A stretch of 32,000 nucleotides of DNA from assembly GCA_027925225.1 (NCBI GenBank), contig AP027131.1:540001-572000 (forward strand), written 5' to 3'. Numbering within the stretch: the stretch's first letter is position 1; each line of letters starts with the position of its first letter. Shown one piece after another: positions 29,234-32,000 of this stretch. The DNA is from Candidatus Saccharimonadota bacterium. Its GTDB lineage: Bacteria; Bacillota_I; Bacilli_A; Mycoplasmatales; Hepatoplasmataceae. Position numbers and translations under genes: made by a program. A model generated the notes under the pieces. That model searched no databases. It was not told the DNA's origin and saw only the letters and a program-made list of their open reading frames with translations.

Positions 29234-29242
29234 ATTATAACA
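29234..29242 (-). promoter_or_regulatory. Candidate extended -10 promoter (TGtTATAAT) for rpsB-tsf
   Basis: Plus strand ATTATAACA at 29234..29242, which reads TGTTATAAT on the minus strand. A TTAAAG -35-like hexamer (29256..29261) lies 16 nt upstream. This implies an rpsB leader of about 100 nt. Confidence 0.4.
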
Positions 29243-29268
29243 AAAATTAAGAATTCTTTAATTTTGTA

Positions 29269-31269
29269 CTATTCTTTTATATTGTATTTTTCAAAAATTT
29301 CTTTAACTTTTTCTTTATCAGTAAGAATAAATTTACATTTAGGAAAATTTGAACAGCCAATAAAACTTTTATTATATCTTGATTTTCTTATCACTAAATT
29401 ATGACCAGAAATAGGGCATTTTTCTTCTAAAATTATTTTATTATCTTTTTTATTTTCGCTATCAGATTGTTCTTTTTCTATTTTTCTAGCATATTTACAT
29501 TTAGGAAAATTTGAACAACCAATAAATTTTCCATACCTTGAATTTTTATAAACAAGTTCTCCTCCATCAAGAGGGCATTTTTCATTTACTAATTCTGCAA
29601 TAGGCTTTTCAATTGTTTGATCAACTTCTTCAATTCTTTTTTTGAATTCTGGTCAAAAATCTTTTAAATAATTTCTTCCATTTACTTTACCTTTAGAAAT
29701 TTCATCTAATATTGTTTCCATACTCGCTGTATATTTTTCATTAACAATATCATTAAAAGATTCTAATAATAAATCATTTACTTTAAAAGCTAATTCTGTC
29801 GGAACTAAATTATTACTTTCTTTTGTTAAATAATTGTAATTTATTAATCCGGAAGTTGTTGATGAATAAGTAGAAGGTCTACCAATTCCCTCTGTTTTAA
29901 GCTTTTTAATTATTGATGCTTGATTATATCTTGGTGGGGGTGTTGTTTTATGTTCATGAACTTTAATATCTTCTTTTTTAATTTTTAAATTTTCTTTAAT
30001 TTCTATTTTTTCTTCTTTTTCTGCAATATCTGTATCAAGAATTCTATAACCAAGGAATTTTTTAATAACTATTTTATTTACAAAATATTCAGTGTTATTT
30101 TGATAAAGAAGATTAATATTTTTATTTATTCCGTTGCTCATCATTGATTTCATTGTTATTGATCAAATAAAGTGATAAGCTTTCTTTTCAAAAGTATTTA
30201 ATCCTTTTATATTTTCAACTTTTAAATTAATATCTGTTGGTCTTATAGCTTCATGTGCATCTTGAATATTTTTTTGTTTTTTAATTAAACTTTCTTTTAT
30301 TCCACCAAAATACTCTTTACCAAATTCTTTTGTTATTTTATCTTTTGTTGAATCAATAAAGCTTTTTGAACTTATTCTTATTGAATCAGTACGCGGATAA
30401 GTAATAAGACCTTTTTCATAAAGAGATTGTGCAGTAGATGTTGCTTGAACATTGGAAATATTAAAGTTTGTAAACATTCCCATTAAATAAGTGGCCATCT
30501 CAAGAGGAACTGGTGAAGAAACTACTATTTCCTTTTCTTGTTTATCAATTAATCTAAAATCTTCACCTAATAAGGCAAAAATAGCATTTACACTTTTTAA
30601 ATCTTTATATTCTATTAATTTAAAATTACGATCAGAATTAAGTAAAATGTTATCTTTATTAATTTTTGCTTCAATAGTTCATCAAAAAACTGGTTTAAAT
30701 ATTTTTATTTCATTTTCTCTATCAATTATTAATTTTAAGGTTGATGATTTAACTCTCCCTGCAGAAGGAGCTGAAAACTTTTTATTTGTAAGAAAAGATA
30801 ATCTAAACCCTATAATTCTATCTAACATTCTTCTTGTTTCTTGTGAATTAACAAGATTCATATCAATATCTGTAACGTTTTTTAGTGATTCTAAAACAGC
30901 ATCTTTTGTTATCTCATTAAAAAAAATTCTTTTTATTTTTTTATTTTTATCTTCTATTACTTGTGTAATATGTCAACCAATTGCTTCTCCTTCACGATCG
31001 GGGTCAGTTGCAATATAAATATTATTTGCTTTTTTAGCTTCTGTATTAATTGTTTTAATTGCATCTTTTTTATCACGTAAATTTACATAAATTGGTTCCA
31101 TTTCTTCAACATTAATACCAAGACCTAAATAAGTTCCATATTTTTTAAGATCTCTTATATGTCCAACTGAAGAAATAACCTTAAATTCTTTATCATTTTC
31201 ACCTTTAAAAAAAGATTGAATTTTTGCAATCTTATTAGGTGATTCAACTATTATTAAATTTTTAGTCAT
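29269..31269 (-). CDS. topA: DNA topoisomerase I
   Basis: Fragments 30973..31305, 30163..30498 and 29653..30153 share one frame, and I checked the 30499..30972 gap (only TGA). True start MTKNLIIVESPNK at 31269 with a GAGGAAAG Shine-Dalgarno. TOPRIM motif DPDREGEAIGWHI. ITYPRTDS carries the active-site Tyr. C-terminal Cys-rich zinc-ribbon repeats (CPxxG...GCSNFPKC). Confidence 0.96.
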
Positions 31270-31453
31270 TACTTTCCTCTTTTTTTTATTTTTATTATTT
31301 AACAAATATTAAATAAAAAATAATATTTATTTCTTTAAATATAATAATATTAAAATTATTTATTTTTCAAAATTTTCTTATTTTTATTTTATTTCTAATA
31401 GTATTTAAGAATTTTTTATTATAGATATTTATTAATAAAAATAAATTTTTGTT

Positions 31454-31482
31454 TTTTGTTGTATTTTTTTAATACAACAAAA
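31454..31482 (-). terminator. Hairpin 25 nt downstream of rbgA (possible terminator; no U-run)
   Basis: 11-bp stem TTTTGTTGTAT/ATACAACAAAA (31454..31464 / 31472..31482) with a 7-nt loop. No canonical U-tract follows on either strand, so its function is uncertain. Confidence 0.3.
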
Positions 31483-31506
31483 TAATATGAAAGCAAAAAA
31501 TATTTT

Positions 31507-32000
31507 CTATTTTTTTTCTAAATCATCTAAAATTATTTTTCCATATTTGCCAATTTGATATTCTAAAAGAATTCTTTTATAAAAATCAAATTCAGTAACT
31601 TTAGAATTATTTATTTTATTTAATAAATCTTCCTCAAGATTTAAAAAATTAAAATATTTACTTACATTCTTATTTTTTTCAAATAAAATTTCTAATAAAT
31701 TAATTACAACTTTTTCAATTGGTAAATTTTCATATTTAAAAGAACCTATTGATGCAAGAATGATTTTATCTTTTTCTAATTCAAATTTTGGTTCAAGTAC
31801 TCCTGGCGTGTCAAGTATTCAGTAATTTTTATCAAATTGATATCAGTTTATTCTTTTAGTAATTCCTGGCTTATTTTGAACATCAGCTTTTTTCTTATTT
31901 ATTAAATTATTTAAAAAAGTTGATTTTCCAACATTTGGAACACCTAGAATCACAAACTTAGGAATTAAAGATTTAAATTTTATATTATTTAGAATATCTA
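31507..32000 (-). CDS. rbgA: Ribosome biogenesis GTPase A (YlqF/RbgA), C-terminal part; gene continues past the right edge
   Basis: Manual table-4 translation: ...FVILGVPNVGKSTFLNNLINKKKADVQNKPGITKRINWYQFDKNYWILDTPGVLEPKF... This shows the circularly permuted GTPase G1 and G3 motifs typical of RbgA. Stop TAG at 31507..31509. Not in the ORF track. Confidence 0.85.

Noticed and set aside
30491-31018. 175-aa plus-strand ORF
   Set aside because: It is antisense to topA, whose frame I verified as uninterrupted across this interval. No family resemblance and no Shine-Dalgarno.
31270-31506. Long AT-only spacer upstream of topA as a possible replication origin or ncRNA locus
   Set aside because: I found no DnaA-box-like 9-mers (TTATCCACA or variants) and no repeated motif. 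The only structure is the hairpin at 31454..31482. The composition is indistinguishable from other spacers.

Overview
Very AT-rich chromosomal core region from a bacterium that reads UGA as Trp (translation table 4, Mollicutes-type Firmicute). A tRNA-Trp with anticodon UCA lies in the window, and in-frame TGA codons sit at conserved Trp positions of ProRS, S2, IF-2 and TopA. The supplied standard-code ORF track therefore splits about 20 real genes into pieces and misses three short ones (rpsO and two small membrane proteins). After re-joining fragments by hand I count 32 CDS and 2 tRNAs. From 32000 down to 9582 everything is on the minus strand: rbgA, topA, rpsB-tsf-pyrH-frr-cdsA-rseP-polC, nusA-ylxR-infB-rbfA-truB-ribF-rpsO, proS, two orphan genes, an ACP and tandem tRNA-Trp(UCA)/tRNA-Trp(CCA). 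The left third holds two tandem degV genes (+), M42 peptidase/DUF948/YtxH-like/tyrS (-), rpsD (+), a 559-aa membrane-anchored coiled-coil protein I read as EzrA-like (-), nrnA and the start of dnaE (-). I see no mobile element, CRISPR array, defence island or toxin-antitoxin pair; this is mostly housekeeping DNA. The points most worth a second look are: (1) the tRNA-Trp pair split by an intrinsic terminator; (2) the ACP stop codon overlapping nucleotide 1 of tRNA-Trp(UCA); (3) a translationally coupled orphan pair (386 aa + 116 aa) upstream of the ACP; (4) the EzrA-like gene; (5) a hairpin in the nusA leader downstream of a TG-TATAAT box; (6) a 43-bp perfect palindrome between rpsO and proS. 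All calls come from manual translation and motif recognition; no searches or folding programs were run.
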